DNA from: Eledone cirrhosa
Taxonomy: Eukaryota
Reading direction: 5' to 3'
NCBI GenBank assembly: GCA_964016885.1
Contig: OZ024746.1
Location: 63,488,001-63,552,000, forward strand
Length of the DNA: 64,000 nt
Shown: positions 39,101 through 52,299 of the stretch, in pieces
Layout of the letters: each line of letters starts with the position of its first letter
Numbering within the stretch: the first letter of the stretch is position 1
Made by a program: the position numbers and the translations under genes
The notes under the pieces: model-generated
What the model saw: only the letters and a program-made list of their open reading frames with translations
Told to the model about the DNA's origin: nothing
The model's database searches: none

Positions 39101-42100
39101 TCAATGACCAAAGTCAGTGGAGAGGGGAAGGTAATGTTTCTGTAGCACGTGTTTTAGCGTCTATTCACTCTCTCTCTCTCCCTCCCGCTATCCCCCTCTC
39201 GTAGTCTGTCTCTTTCTTTCACTCTCACTCTCTCTCTACGCACGTGTTTCCACTGTCGGACAGACAGACAGAGAAATTGCTGGTTATATATTATAAGGAG
39301 ATAATGGATTCATAATTTGATAGTGTATATATTCTAAAGTTCTAATGATTGTTACAGAACAGCGGTTAATTCCCAGTGAACCAAATCTATTATTGTCTTG
39401 GGGCTGTGTATGTCATGTGAGATCATGGATTTAAATCTGGAAAGTTCCTCTCCAAAGTGCAGGCTTGGGCAAGGTTTTTGTGTCAGACTAGCAGCTGCCC
39501 ATGCATGCAAGTCTCTTTTCTCCTTGCCACTGATGTTGTCCAAGAGAGAAGCAAAGGATAATACAGCTTAGTACCAATGTTGTTGCAAGTGAATGCAAAA
39601 GGAAAGATACACTGACAGTTACACCAATTTACTGACCTCAGTTGGTACTTTATTTATCTACCTTGAAATAATTGTTTTTATTTTTGGCACAAGGCCAGAA
39701 ATTTGAAGGAGAGGGGAAAGACCATTAAATCGATCCAAGTGCATTACTGGTACTTTATTTTATTGACCCCATAAATGTGAAAGGCAAAGCTAACTTTGGC
39801 ATGATTTGAACTCAGAACATAAAGGGCTGTAACTCTATGCTGCAAAACATGGTGTCTGACACTCTACCAATACTGCCAATCCACCACCCTTATCCAGCCC
39901 GAAATATTGAAAGGTAATGTTAACTCCAGAAGGATTTGAACTCAGAACACAGTGAATCAGGGTTAATCCAATGCTCTAATAACTACCAATTCACTGCCTT
40001 CTGTTAGCATATAAAGATGTAAAACTTACATAAAAATGGTAGCTCTTTGGTTGATGGTATGAAGAAGTCTGGCATCGGTCTAAGACAGTCTAGAATGATA
40101 ATTTCAAATAATTTACAACCAGAATTTAGAAAATAAAAATATGGATTTATAGTACAGTAGTATATCTTCTAAAATGTTACATATTTATTTCCAAAGTAGG
40201 TTATTATGACATGATCATACAGTTCTAGTTGTGGTTTGCATTGGAAAGATAGTAGTGAGTTTATTGAAGAAAATATGAGGATGCCAAGCAATTATGTTAA
40301 AATCCAATATTGGATTGTTTTTGGAGACATAACTTGCAGCTCCTGGTCACTTTTTCTGTCTCTAGAGTACTTTACCTGATTTTTCTAAGCTATTATGTAT
40401 AACAATAAAGTGGCTACAGTTATTTTCTGTGTTTGGGATTCCCTCATCTTCTAATTTCAATCTTCTAATTTATATTTACATAGTTTTCATAATGTCTCAC
40501 CTTCAATCTATTTATTTGATACTACAAAGTCTACATTTATCTTTTCTACTATGACGTCTTGATTTTAACTAAAAATTAATAAACTTCAAATTATCTCCTC
40601 CATTTTTGGGATGTTGAAACTTACATGTTTACAGTTGCATATATTTTTTATAAGTCTATAAGAAAAAGCCAGCATGAAACTGTGAGATCCACAGTAAAGA
40701 TTACTAGTTTACTTAGGATTACATCTATGGTTGATTGACTTAATTTGAGTTTTATAAACAATATAGTATTCACCTTAAGAACTAGAATTTGGTCATAGCA
40801 TATAGAACAGCAATACTTAGTTTTATACAAGCTTAGTATTATACAATGACAAATGATGGTTCTGTTGCAGTTTATAATAGAACAGCCTAAGACTGGATAA
40901 CTTTTAAGAAAAATAAGAAACTTTTAACCTCAAAACGGATCCCACTTTATATCAAATGTAAAATCTACAATCCATATGCCCTATCTGTCATCATTTATGG
41001 TGTTGAATGTGTGAACAGGACCTCATCCGCGATTAGTAAAATGGAGACTTTTCAAAACCATATTATGAGGTTCATGACAAACTACAAACTACTCAACCAT
41101 ATAAAAATTGTTGATCTACTAGAAGCTACTAAACTAGTTCCTATAATATGCATTATTAAAAGTAAAATCCTGAAGCTTTTTGGTGATGTAAATCTTTCAC
41201 AAAAATGTATTTCTAAAACTTGTATGGAAGGTGTGATTCAGAGTAAAAGAAATAGAGGTAAGCCATTGAGGCACTGGCAAGACAATGTTTATAAAAAGTC
41301 TGGTCTAACTGTATATGAACTAAATGAAATCATACAAAATAGGAAACTTTGGAAAGAACTAAGTCCTGTTAGTGCATAATCTGCTGCAGGCTGAGACAGC
41401 AAATGATGATAACTTTAAAGATGTGGAGGGTTGGTGAAGAGTAATAAATGAAACTGACTTGCTCACCATACAAACTTCCGGAAGCTGTCTAACCAGACCA
41501 ATCATTGGCCAACCATACAACACTGAATATAGTTCCATACATTCCTCCCATCTGAAAAATAAACAAAAACAAACAACTATATAATTCCATATAATTCCAT
41601 ATAGTTCCATATAATTCCATATAGTTCCATATAATTCCATATAGTTCTATGTACTGTATATATTTGTATATAAGCCAAGAAATATGTGACCAAAAAAATC
41701 AATGGTAGAAAAGGGGGGTGGATTATATTCAAGGTCGATATTTTGATGTCTTTCACAAACTCCAAATTCTATGTAAATAAGGTTTGGAATTTTGCCCAAT
41801 TCTCAGACATAAAATAGTGAAGTCGGCTTATATTCGTATCAGCTCATATTTGTATCAGTTTATATTCGAGTATGACATTTTATCTACAAATGATTATTTT
41901 TTTTGGCTATTCTGTGATAAAAATATTTTGATTTATTTCCATCAAATTCATTTCCTAATATCTCTTTTGATGATATGGAAGAAAGTTGTTCATTATTTTA
42001 GCAAAACAGCTATGTTGTCATTTAAGTATGGTGGCAGTGGAGGAGGGGAGAATAATTTTCTAGGTCTTCCAGGCCAGCATCATACAGCTGAACAACATAA

Positions 42101-45100
42101 TCAGAAGGAACCTCAATGTAGCTGGGTTCCTGGAGCCAGCTGACCTCGAACATGGTGATGGTAAGCCCTCAGATGGGATAAATCTCTTCCCATTTGAGGA
42201 AGGTAAATTTCTAATCTGTGATGCCATGTGCTGTGACTCATTCTCCGCCTCCAGCCTTGTCTCTTTAGCCACAAATTCAAGCACCACCATCTGCATTACA
42301 GAGGAGAGGAAGATAACCAAATACCGGAGCTTAACTGACCACTTCCTTTTAGTACCATTTGCTGTCAAGACCTCAGATGTCCTTGGTCCCTGAACTGCTG
42401 TTTTCCTCCATAAAATCGGAAAGACAACAGCCCATGTGAGGAAGGAGCCCCATGAGGTGAGATGTTGCTGGCCATTCTCCACTGCAATGGCATTGCCATT
42501 TTGTCCACAGGATGTAGCTGAAACAGAGCTTTTTGACTGGAGTGTAGAATCTGTTGCTACCCGCCACCCCCTCTCCTTCATTCGTTGCTTAATTTCTTTT
42601 TTCACCATCATTTTTGTCACATTAAAGATTCAATTTTAAGTATACGTTCTAATATTTATTACCATATTTTCTGGCGCTGAAGAGGCTTCGTTCTCAAGGA
42701 CGCACCCTAATTTTGACAACCAAAAATTTGGAAAAAAATAATAAACAACCTTTGGCCTCCAGGATGCATGGTAGATTTTTGAGACTTATTTTAGGAAAAA
42801 AGTAGTGTCTTTGACGCCAGGAAATATGGTACATTAAACCAGTTTTACCATATTCAGAAATTCCTAGCTGCATATTTCTTCACTTCTCACGTTCCTTAAT
42901 TTCTTCTAACATCTCATCATGAATCTGCTTCACTGTGACATTTTGTAAATATAATGTGGTGAAATTTGAGATCTTCAAATTACTTTTTTGAACGAGAAAC
43001 TTTTCCACCCCAAATAATTTGTAAATTGGTTGGCTTTTCTCATTAGTTTAGGGTTGCTGATAGAAATATTTTTATCTGTTTAAAACTAAAGAAGAATTTC
43101 AGTGTCTAAAAATTGTGTTTCACTCACTCTACATTTTTTCTGTTCCAAATTTTTGTTACTTAAATTCTTTGTCTACAAAAAAAAATGAAGGATAAAGAAA
43201 AAAGAAGGACCTCAAGAAACTGAACCTCATGAAGGAGATGACACAGGACTGAGTTGACTCGTGATAAGCTATATAATAGAAACATTGCAACACTAAAAAT
43301 AAATGTGGGGAGAGAGGAGAGTCTACCATGTTTTGCAATCAAATAGAGACAATGTAGTGTTTGAGAGGACTTTTCAGTCAGGCCTACCATGTGACAACCT
43401 CTCTAGTGTTGGTGCTACATTAAAATATATCCAGTATACTGGATATATTTTAATGTAGCACCAAACTGAGGGTCCTCCAAGGACCACATGGGTCACATAT
43501 GTGTTGTCTGAGGGCCACACATGACAACTAATTGCACATATTACAACTAATTTTTTTATTTTATATTACGAAGATAAAACATGCTCGCACTGTAAAAACC
43601 TTTGTATGGGCCATAAGTGTTCTTGTAAAGGGCTGCATGCGGCCTGCGGGCCACATGTTTGACATGCCTGCTGTAAAGTGTTACAATTGGTGCCATGATA
43701 AAATGCAACAATTCTACTCAATAAAGTGTTAGTGTCATGAAAAACACATCTAGTACACCCTGTAAGGTGGTTGACATTAGAAAGGGCATCCAGTCATAGA
43801 ACCTATGCCAAATATGGAGCGTAACATACAAGATGGGTCTCAGACAATGACAACCTAGATAACCCATGCTGGCATAGAAAGTGAACGTAAAATGATGATG
43901 ATGACGAAGATGATGATGACGACGATGATGGTGGTGATGAAGATGATGCCGATGAAGATGATAATGATGATGATAAAGTATAAAAAAAATTAACTAGAAA
44001 TATAGTGGTCGTGTAGGTGTCATGACAAAAAGCACCCATTCCACACTGTAAAGTGGTTGTGTAGGTGTCATGACAAAAAGCACCCATTCCACACTGTAAA
44101 GTGGTCGTGTAGGTGTCATGACAAAAAGCACCCATTCCACACTGTAAAGTGGTTGTGTAGGTGTCATGACAAAAAGCACCCATTCCATACTGTAAAGTGG
44201 TTTTGTAGGTGTCATGGCAAAAAGCACCCATTCCATACTGTAAAGTGGTTGTGTAGGTGTCATGACAAAAAGGTCCCATTCCACACTGTAAAGTGGTCGT
44301 GTAGGTGTCATGACAAAAAGCTTCCAGTCTACACTGTAAAGTGGTCATGTAGGTGTCATGACAAAAAGCACCCATTCCATACTGTAAAGTGGTCATGTAG
44401 GTGTCATGACAAAAAGCACCCATTCCACACTGTAAAGTGGTTGTGTAGGTGTCATGACAAAAAAGGTCCCATTCCATACTGTAAAGTGGTCATGTAGGTG
44501 TCATGACAAAAAGCACCCATTCCATACTGTAAAGTGGTCATGTAGGTGTCATGACAAAAAGCACCCATTCCATACTGTAAAGTGGTCATGTAGGTGTCAT
44601 GACAAAAAGCACCCATTCCATACTGTAAAGTGGTCATGTAGGTGTCATGACAAAAAGCACCCATTCCATACTGTAAAGTGGTCATGTAGGTGTCATGACA
44701 AAAAGCACCCATTCCATACTGTAAAGTGGTCATGTAGGTGTCATGACAAAAAGCACCCATTCCATACTGTAAAGTGGTCATGTAGGTGTCATGACAAAAA
44801 GCACCCATTCCATACTGTAAAGTGGTTGTGTAGGTGTCATGACAAAAAGCACCCATTCCATACTGTAAAGTGGTCATGTAGGTGTCATGACAAAAAGCAC
44901 CCATTCCATACTGTAAAGTGGTCGTGTAGGTGTCATGACAAAAAGCACCCATTCCATACTGTAAAGTGGTCATGTAGGTGTCATGACAAAAAGGTCCCTT
45001 CCACACTGTAAAGTGGTTGTGTAGGTGTCATGACAAAAAGGTCCCATTCCATACTGTAAAGTGGTCATGTAGGTGTCATGACAAAAAGCACCCATTCCAT

Positions 45101-48100
45101 ACTGTAAAGTGGTCGTGTAGATGTCATGACAAAAAGCACCCATTCCATACTGTAAAGTGGTCGTGTAGGTGTCATGACAAAAAGCACCCATTCCATACTG
45201 TAAAGTGGTCATGTAGGTGTCACGACAAAAAGGTCCCTTCCACACTGTAAAGTGATTGTGTAGGTGTCATGACAAAAAGGTCCCATTCCACACTGTAAAG
45301 TGGTCGTGTAGGTGTCATGACAAAAAGCATCCACTACACACTATAAGGTGGTCATGTAGATGTCATGACAAAAAGCACCCAGCACACACTGTAAATTTGG
45401 TTGGCGTTAGGAAGGGCATCCAGCCGTAGAAACCTTGTCAGAAACAGTCCTATATGAACAAGACACAGTCATCTGACCTGACTTGCCTCTAATGGGACAA
45501 ACCCATCTAACACATGCTAGCGTGGAAAATAGATGTTAAACGGTGATGATAATGATAATGATGATAGAGTACAGAAGAAAGAAACATAAAGAAGTTTTTA
45601 CCTGTCATGTGATACAACCACCATTGCAGCATCATTATGTTTGTTATAAATAATATAATCAAAAAATGTTTTTTTTTCATTATTGGAATCAAGTTTTGCT
45701 CCAAGAGTCAACAGGAAGTTTACCATTGCTGCATGACCTTCAGCAGAAGTCACATGAAGGGGAGTATCCTAGAAGAAAAGTTGAAAATGTTTGTATCGTA
45801 TTCTATATATGTATATATGTGTGTGTGTGTATATATATATGTATATATATATATACACACACACACATATATACATATATACATATATAGAATATATACA
45901 TATATAGAATAAGATACAAACATTATATATATTATTGAAAATCTTAATACAGAATCATTATCCCTGTGTAACTTCAGTCTACCCTGTAAGGTGGTTGTAC
46001 TGGTGACACAACAAAAAAAGCACCCAGTCTACCCTGTGGTCGTTCTGGTAACATGACAAAAAAGTGCCCAGTCTACCCTGTAATGTGGTCATTCTGGTTA
46101 CTTGACAAAAAAGCACCGAGTCCATAACTATAATATGGTTGGAGTTAAGAAGGACACCCAACCATAGAAACTAAGCCAAAAACGGTTACGTATAAGCTAG
46201 ACAGGGTCATCTGACCTGACTTGTCTCAAAGTGACAACCCATCTAACCCATGCAAATGTGGAAAATAGACGTTAAATGATGATGATGTCAGTAAATGAAT
46301 AACTGATGCTTAAATCACTGTTGATAAAATATAGAAGCCAATTGTGCATGTATGTGTGTGTATGCACATGTGTATATGCATGTGTGTGAGTGTGTGTGCA
46401 TGCACATGTATCCTTATTTACTGTCTGTTTATGACCTGCAACTTAGCAGATCGACAAATACAGATTGATAAAATAAGTAGTAGATTTGTAAAACAAAATA
46501 CTGGGTGTAATATCAACTAAATCCCTTAAAAGCAGTGCCCTAGCATGGCCACGGTTTAACAAATAAACAAATAAAAGAACGTAATGTTTAATTTAATATC
46601 TCAAGTGTGATATTCATTTATATATTAATTATTTAATCAGTTTAGAGCTAGTTAGCCATGACAAATTGAGGGAGGTATCTAGTATCTCTTACAGTTAAGA
46701 AACAAAAACAAAATAGACAGATATAAAAAAAAAGAGAAGGCCAATGGGAAGCAAAAGAAACATTAAAAAGAAGATAAGAAGATGGTGGAAAACAAGTTGT
46801 AAAGCAGCTAAAAATTTCTGTTGCTGAATCTTTTCATAACCTCCATGAACTGAAAGATCTTGTTTATAGTTGGTAGATCTTTGTCTATACATTGTATATA
46901 TTGTATCTCAATAAAACACATCAATATATGTTAGATGTATCTATGCTGATGTATGAATGTATGTATTTATGGTCCCGTAACTCCTGATAGAGTTGTGGGG
47001 GTGTCGTATTGACATACAGCATTCCTTGGATATTTCAAGCCTGGTGGAGCCCATCCCTCTCCAGGCCTGAGTACAGCAGGTTTCTTCCAGAGAAAGATGG
47101 AAAGTGAGAGAGACATACAGAAGAAGAATTGCCCTCAGTACTAGACTGGTACTTTTTTTTATCGGCCTCAAAAGGATGAAAGGCAAAGTTGACTTTGGCG
47201 GGATTTGAGCTCTGAGCAAAGAGCCGGAATGAATACCATAAAGCATTCTATCTGATGTTCTAACAACTCTGCCAATTCACTGCCTGTCTCTATGTTGATA
47301 CATAGGACTAAAATATTAACACTCAACTGTTATTTTCTGAAAAAGTTTGAGAAAATGAGAATGTGGTTATGAAAGAATATGTTATAATTTATAATTGTTT
47401 CTACTTTGGCACAAGGCCAGCAATTACCCCAGTGCATTACTGGTACTTTATTTTATCGACCCCGTAAGGATAAAAGTCAAAGTTAACCTCGATGGGATTT
47501 GAACTCAGACCGTAAAGGGACGTAACTATGCTGGAAAGCATGGCCTCTGACCCTAATTTATAATTGTTTCTACTTTTGGCACAAGGCCAGCAATTACTCC
47601 AGTGCATTACTGGTACTTTATTTTATCCACACCGTAAGGATGAAAAGCAAAGTTAACCTCGGCGGGATTTGAACTCAGACCGTAAAGGGACGTAACTATA
47701 CTGGAAAGCATGGCGTCCGACTCTCTACCGATACTGCCAATCCACCGCCCCTTGACCTAATTTATAATATAAGATATTCAGATCTTACTCTGTTTAGATT
47801 TTTAGAGTCTAATATGTTGGGGTAAATATCCAAAAGTAGTCGTGCAGTTTGTGTGTATCCATTCTTTGCTGCCACGTGAAGAGCTGTGTTACCATCATTG
47901 TCTCTAAAATAAATAAATAAATAAACAAATAAATAAATAAATAAATAACTTTTAAATGATTTAAATGCCCAGACAATGCTTATGAAGAAATATAACCTAC
48001 TATTCTATTCAAAATGTTCAGTCTTAAAAAATGTTCATCATAGCAAAGAATCTTATTTTGATTCACTTATAAAGTCTTTTAAAACTGAACATTTTGAATA

Positions 48101-51100
48101 AAACACTAGGTTTTATTTCTTCATATGCATTATATAGGTTTTTAAATAATTAAAAATTGTTTCATCATCATCATCATCATTTTACGTCCGCTTTTCCCTG
48201 CTTGCAAGGGTGGGACGGGAACTGATTCTGGCTTGATTTCTATAGCTGGATGCCCTTCCTAACACCAACCTCATTTACAGTGAGTGCTGGGTGCTTTTTT
48301 TCTGTGGCACCTACATGTCCACTTTGCAGTGGAATGATAGGGAACCCAGTCCTATCATCTCATTTCTACAGCTGAGTAAACTGGAGCAATGTGAAATAAA
48401 GTGTCTTGCTGAACATCACCCGGTCTGAGAATTGAACTCACAATCTTTTGATTGCAAGGCCAATGCTCTAACCACTAAGCCATGTGCCTCCATATGTTTG
48501 TGTATATATATAGAACATTTTTATATATATTGAGCATTTTTTATGAAGCTCAATTTGAACCACCTTCTGAATTGCTTAGATCAACAATTCAAGGGAATCA
48601 ATATTCCTGGATCAACTGAAAATGATCAGCCTCTTTTTCAAGCAATTTAACCCAAATATAGTGAATTTAGGTGGTTGATATTTATTTTAGGTATAATAAA
48701 ACTAGACTTCTGTTGCTAGCTTACAAGAAACATTAAACGATATATATAATTGTTTCTACTTTTGGCACAAGGCCAGCAATTACCCAGTGCATTACAATAT
48801 ATATAATGGAGAGAAGCTGTGCTGAAGAGGACCTGTCTGACCCATGCAAGTGTGAAAAGAAAAACGGACATAAAAATGATGATAATGACGATGATGATGA
48901 TATAATGTGGACAATATATTCAAAAGAAATCAATATTTACTTATATATTACTGCACCCTTTCTTAGCAAAAGTGATACCAGTTTGGTATGACCATTCTGA
49001 GAAGCATGATGAAGGGCCGTCTGATTCATGTTATCCATCTCATTCAGCATAGTACATCCATCTTTACTGGTGAGCAGTCGCATACATGTGTTAAAGCGTC
49101 CATATCTTTAGTGATAAAAAGAAAGAAAACATACTCATGAGAAGTAGTTAGGCTGTTATAAGATTATATATATATATATATATATATATAAGAATGACGT
49201 AAAATAAGAAAATTATAAAAATTAACTTACTTACTAAAATTTCACTCCAACTAATTAGTTTCTGAAAGGGAATAAACATGGTTTCCAAATGGAAAACATG
49301 GAGAAGCCGTTTCGTCATCAGGAAGTCTGTTCTCAGCTAAGATACCTGGCGATGCGTGGACACAGGGAACTTATACAAAAATAATTCAGTGGATGGAAAA
49401 AAGCAAGCGTGGACTAAATTCCAAGACGTTGAAAAAAATCACTGCCTATTTGGTCGGTGGCAAATTCAAAAGAATCAATCACGTGACATTGAGGTTAATC
49501 AGTGAGGAGTGGGGTGTTAAAAAGACAGTAGCCAAGCCGTTACTATGAACTATAGTAGTAGTTTTGGCAAATTTTTGCTCAACAAAATAATTTGGAGATA
49601 ATTATAAAGAATTAGTATATCTACCAACATATATTTACAGATGCATACCTATGCTAGCAAATATATAGGTTTTGTCTTAGTAACTTTGTGGTTCAATGCA
49701 AGGGGATGCAGTACAATTATATGAATGACGTAAAATAAGAAAATTATAAAAATTAACTATACTTACTAAAATTTCACCTTCTCCATGCTTCCATTTGGAA
49801 ACCATGTTTATTCTCTTTCAGAAACTAATTAGTTGGAGTGAAATTTTAGTAAGTTAATTTTTATAATTTTCTTATTTTACGTCATTCATATAATTGTTCT
49901 GGATCCCCTTGCATTGAACCACAAAGTTACTAAGACAAAACCTATATATTTGCTAGCATAGGTATGCATCTGTATATATATGTTGGTATATATACTAATC
50001 CTTTATATATATATATATGTAGATGGTCAACCATTGATCAAAGAAAAAGTATATTCTGGTCTACAAGAAGAAATCTAGCTTTTTGTATGTAGTTTTGCTA
50101 ATGTCATAATGAAAGATTGCCTGAGACAGTGTGTTGGAAGATTTTAACTGTGTTGCAAAAACTCACAGGACTGCCCTATGCAGAGCTACAAAGACCACCA
50201 ACATCATCCCTAAGTCCTGAGAACAACCCACGGAAGACAGAACAGTGGGGCATCATCTTATCAAGAACATTTTGAGGAAAATCGCCAGAGAACTGAGGAG
50301 GAGGAAAAGCTGCAATGAAAGATTCACCAATTCCAATCAGGGCCTTCATTGACCATCAGGTGTGTCCTATGTGGACAATTTTTCTTTGCAAAAATCAGCC
50401 TTGCTAATCATCAGAGGTACCATCATGGACGAGGAAATTTAGAAAAGGAAAAATATACTTGGAAATGAGGAAGAGCAACATTGAAAGATTGTTTATTTGA
50501 TGTGTTGTAATAGTTTGATCAATCAAATGATTTTCCAGCTTCGTTGATGCAAGCAGAATAAATGTTATTGCTAGTAGTTCAACAACTAACCCCACTGTAA
50601 ACCATGCCATAAGTATTTGTTTCATATAACAGATACATACCTTGATGCAAGATGAAATGGTGACTGTTCACTTTTGTTTTTCAAACTTACAATAGCTCCA
50701 AGTTTCATTAAGTCATCAATAGCAGTTAAATGACCCATTTTAGCTGCATAATGCAATGGTGTACAACCATTTATATCTCTTTCATTTAGTAAATCTTTAC
50801 TGTGCTAAAACAAACAGAAAATATTCTTTACAGGTTGATAAATGGACAGTTAAACCCAATAGTATATTATGCAAATCATAAAATCAATAACTCTAGCAAA
50901 TTAGATATCTAAAGAATGTATCTGTCTCATTTTTGTATTTATGATTAGCAAAAGTGTACAATGGAAATAATGACTGCTCCAAGAATAATAAGGGCCTGCT
51001 GAAAGTAATGGTAACTTTGGCTACTGCCCAGGAAACCAAGTGTATTTAATTATTTTTTTTATTTGCTAGGTTTGGAAGAAAAGGTACAGCCCAGGGGCAT

Positions 51101-52162
51101 TGCATGCATTTTGAATTTGGAGAGATTGGTGCTATTGATGGTCTTCTTAAACTGTTGTAAACTGATGCCTGTTGGAATGACATGAGAAGGGAGAAGATTC
51201 CAGAGGGGTGATGTCCTAGTAAGAAGGACTGGGTTTATGTTGGTCTTGGAAGGTTAGGCACAACATGTAATGAGAAGAATGATGAGTAGAGCTGGCATGA
51301 AACCAGTGAGCTCAGAGGAGCAGAAGCCCTTATAGTAGTAGTTGAAAAGAAAGAGTGAGGAGACATCACATCTGTGAACAAGGGGTTGGAGTGTACCTGT
51401 AAGTAACTTACAAAAGTTACAGGTACATCATCATTTCATCATCATCATTTCATTTTACGTCCGCTTTTCCCTGCTTGCAAGGGTGGGACGGGAACTGATT
51501 CTGGCTTGATTTCTACAGCTGGATGCCCTTCCTAACACCAACCTCCTTTACAGTGAGTGGTGGGTGCTTTTTTGCTGTGGCACCTCCACGACCACTTTGC
51601 AGTGGAATGATATGGACGCCAGTCCCTATCATCTCATTTCTACAGCTGAGTAAACTGTACATATATACATATATATATATATATGTATATATATTTATTC
51701 TTAACTCTGAAGCGGAGATTCATTCGGTTTCCTAGTTAGAAGTTTAGTCTACGACTTCAGTTATACCATTTACATGGTTTTGTCTTTGCGTGCAATTGTT
51801 CTCCACGCTCCACATATGACGTATTATCTTCATTTTTTTCGTTCATTGCCAGAGAACGTCTCTATAAACCATCTAATAGAATATTAGTCTACGACTTCTT
51901 TTATACCATAAACGTGGTTATGTCTTTGCGCGTAATTGTTTTTCACCGCTCCTATTAATGATGTATTATATCCGTTTTTTCCCATTCTTTGCCAGGGAAC
52001 GTTTCCACGAACCAAAGTATCGTCTTCCTGTCTTCCTCCGGTTGCAACGTTTTTTGAAATATCCACTTCTGCGTTTACAGATTGACTTTGTTAGTTTCAG
52101 AAGATCCCGTTAAGGGTGAAAGCAGCGATTCTTTGCTTAAACTTTAATCTGTTATTTTAATA

Positions 52163-52220
<58 letters not shown>

Positions 52221-52235
52221 AATATATATATATAA

Positions 52236-52299
<64 letters not shown>

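Noticed and set aside
42060-42620. 186-aa ORF on - strand as a nested gene
   Set aside because: No recognisable domain, non-ATG start; other frames resemble a decayed LINE linker.
42675-42705. CUGAAGA core in MITE
   Set aside because: No GAAA or helix III at a suitable distance.
44005-45392. CRISPR-like array / Cys-His-rich repeat ORFs (CRCHDKKHPFH, CHDTYMTT)
   Set aside because: Contiguous 48-bp units without unique spacers, eukaryotic intron, no cas genes. The ORFs arise because the unit length is a multiple of 3.
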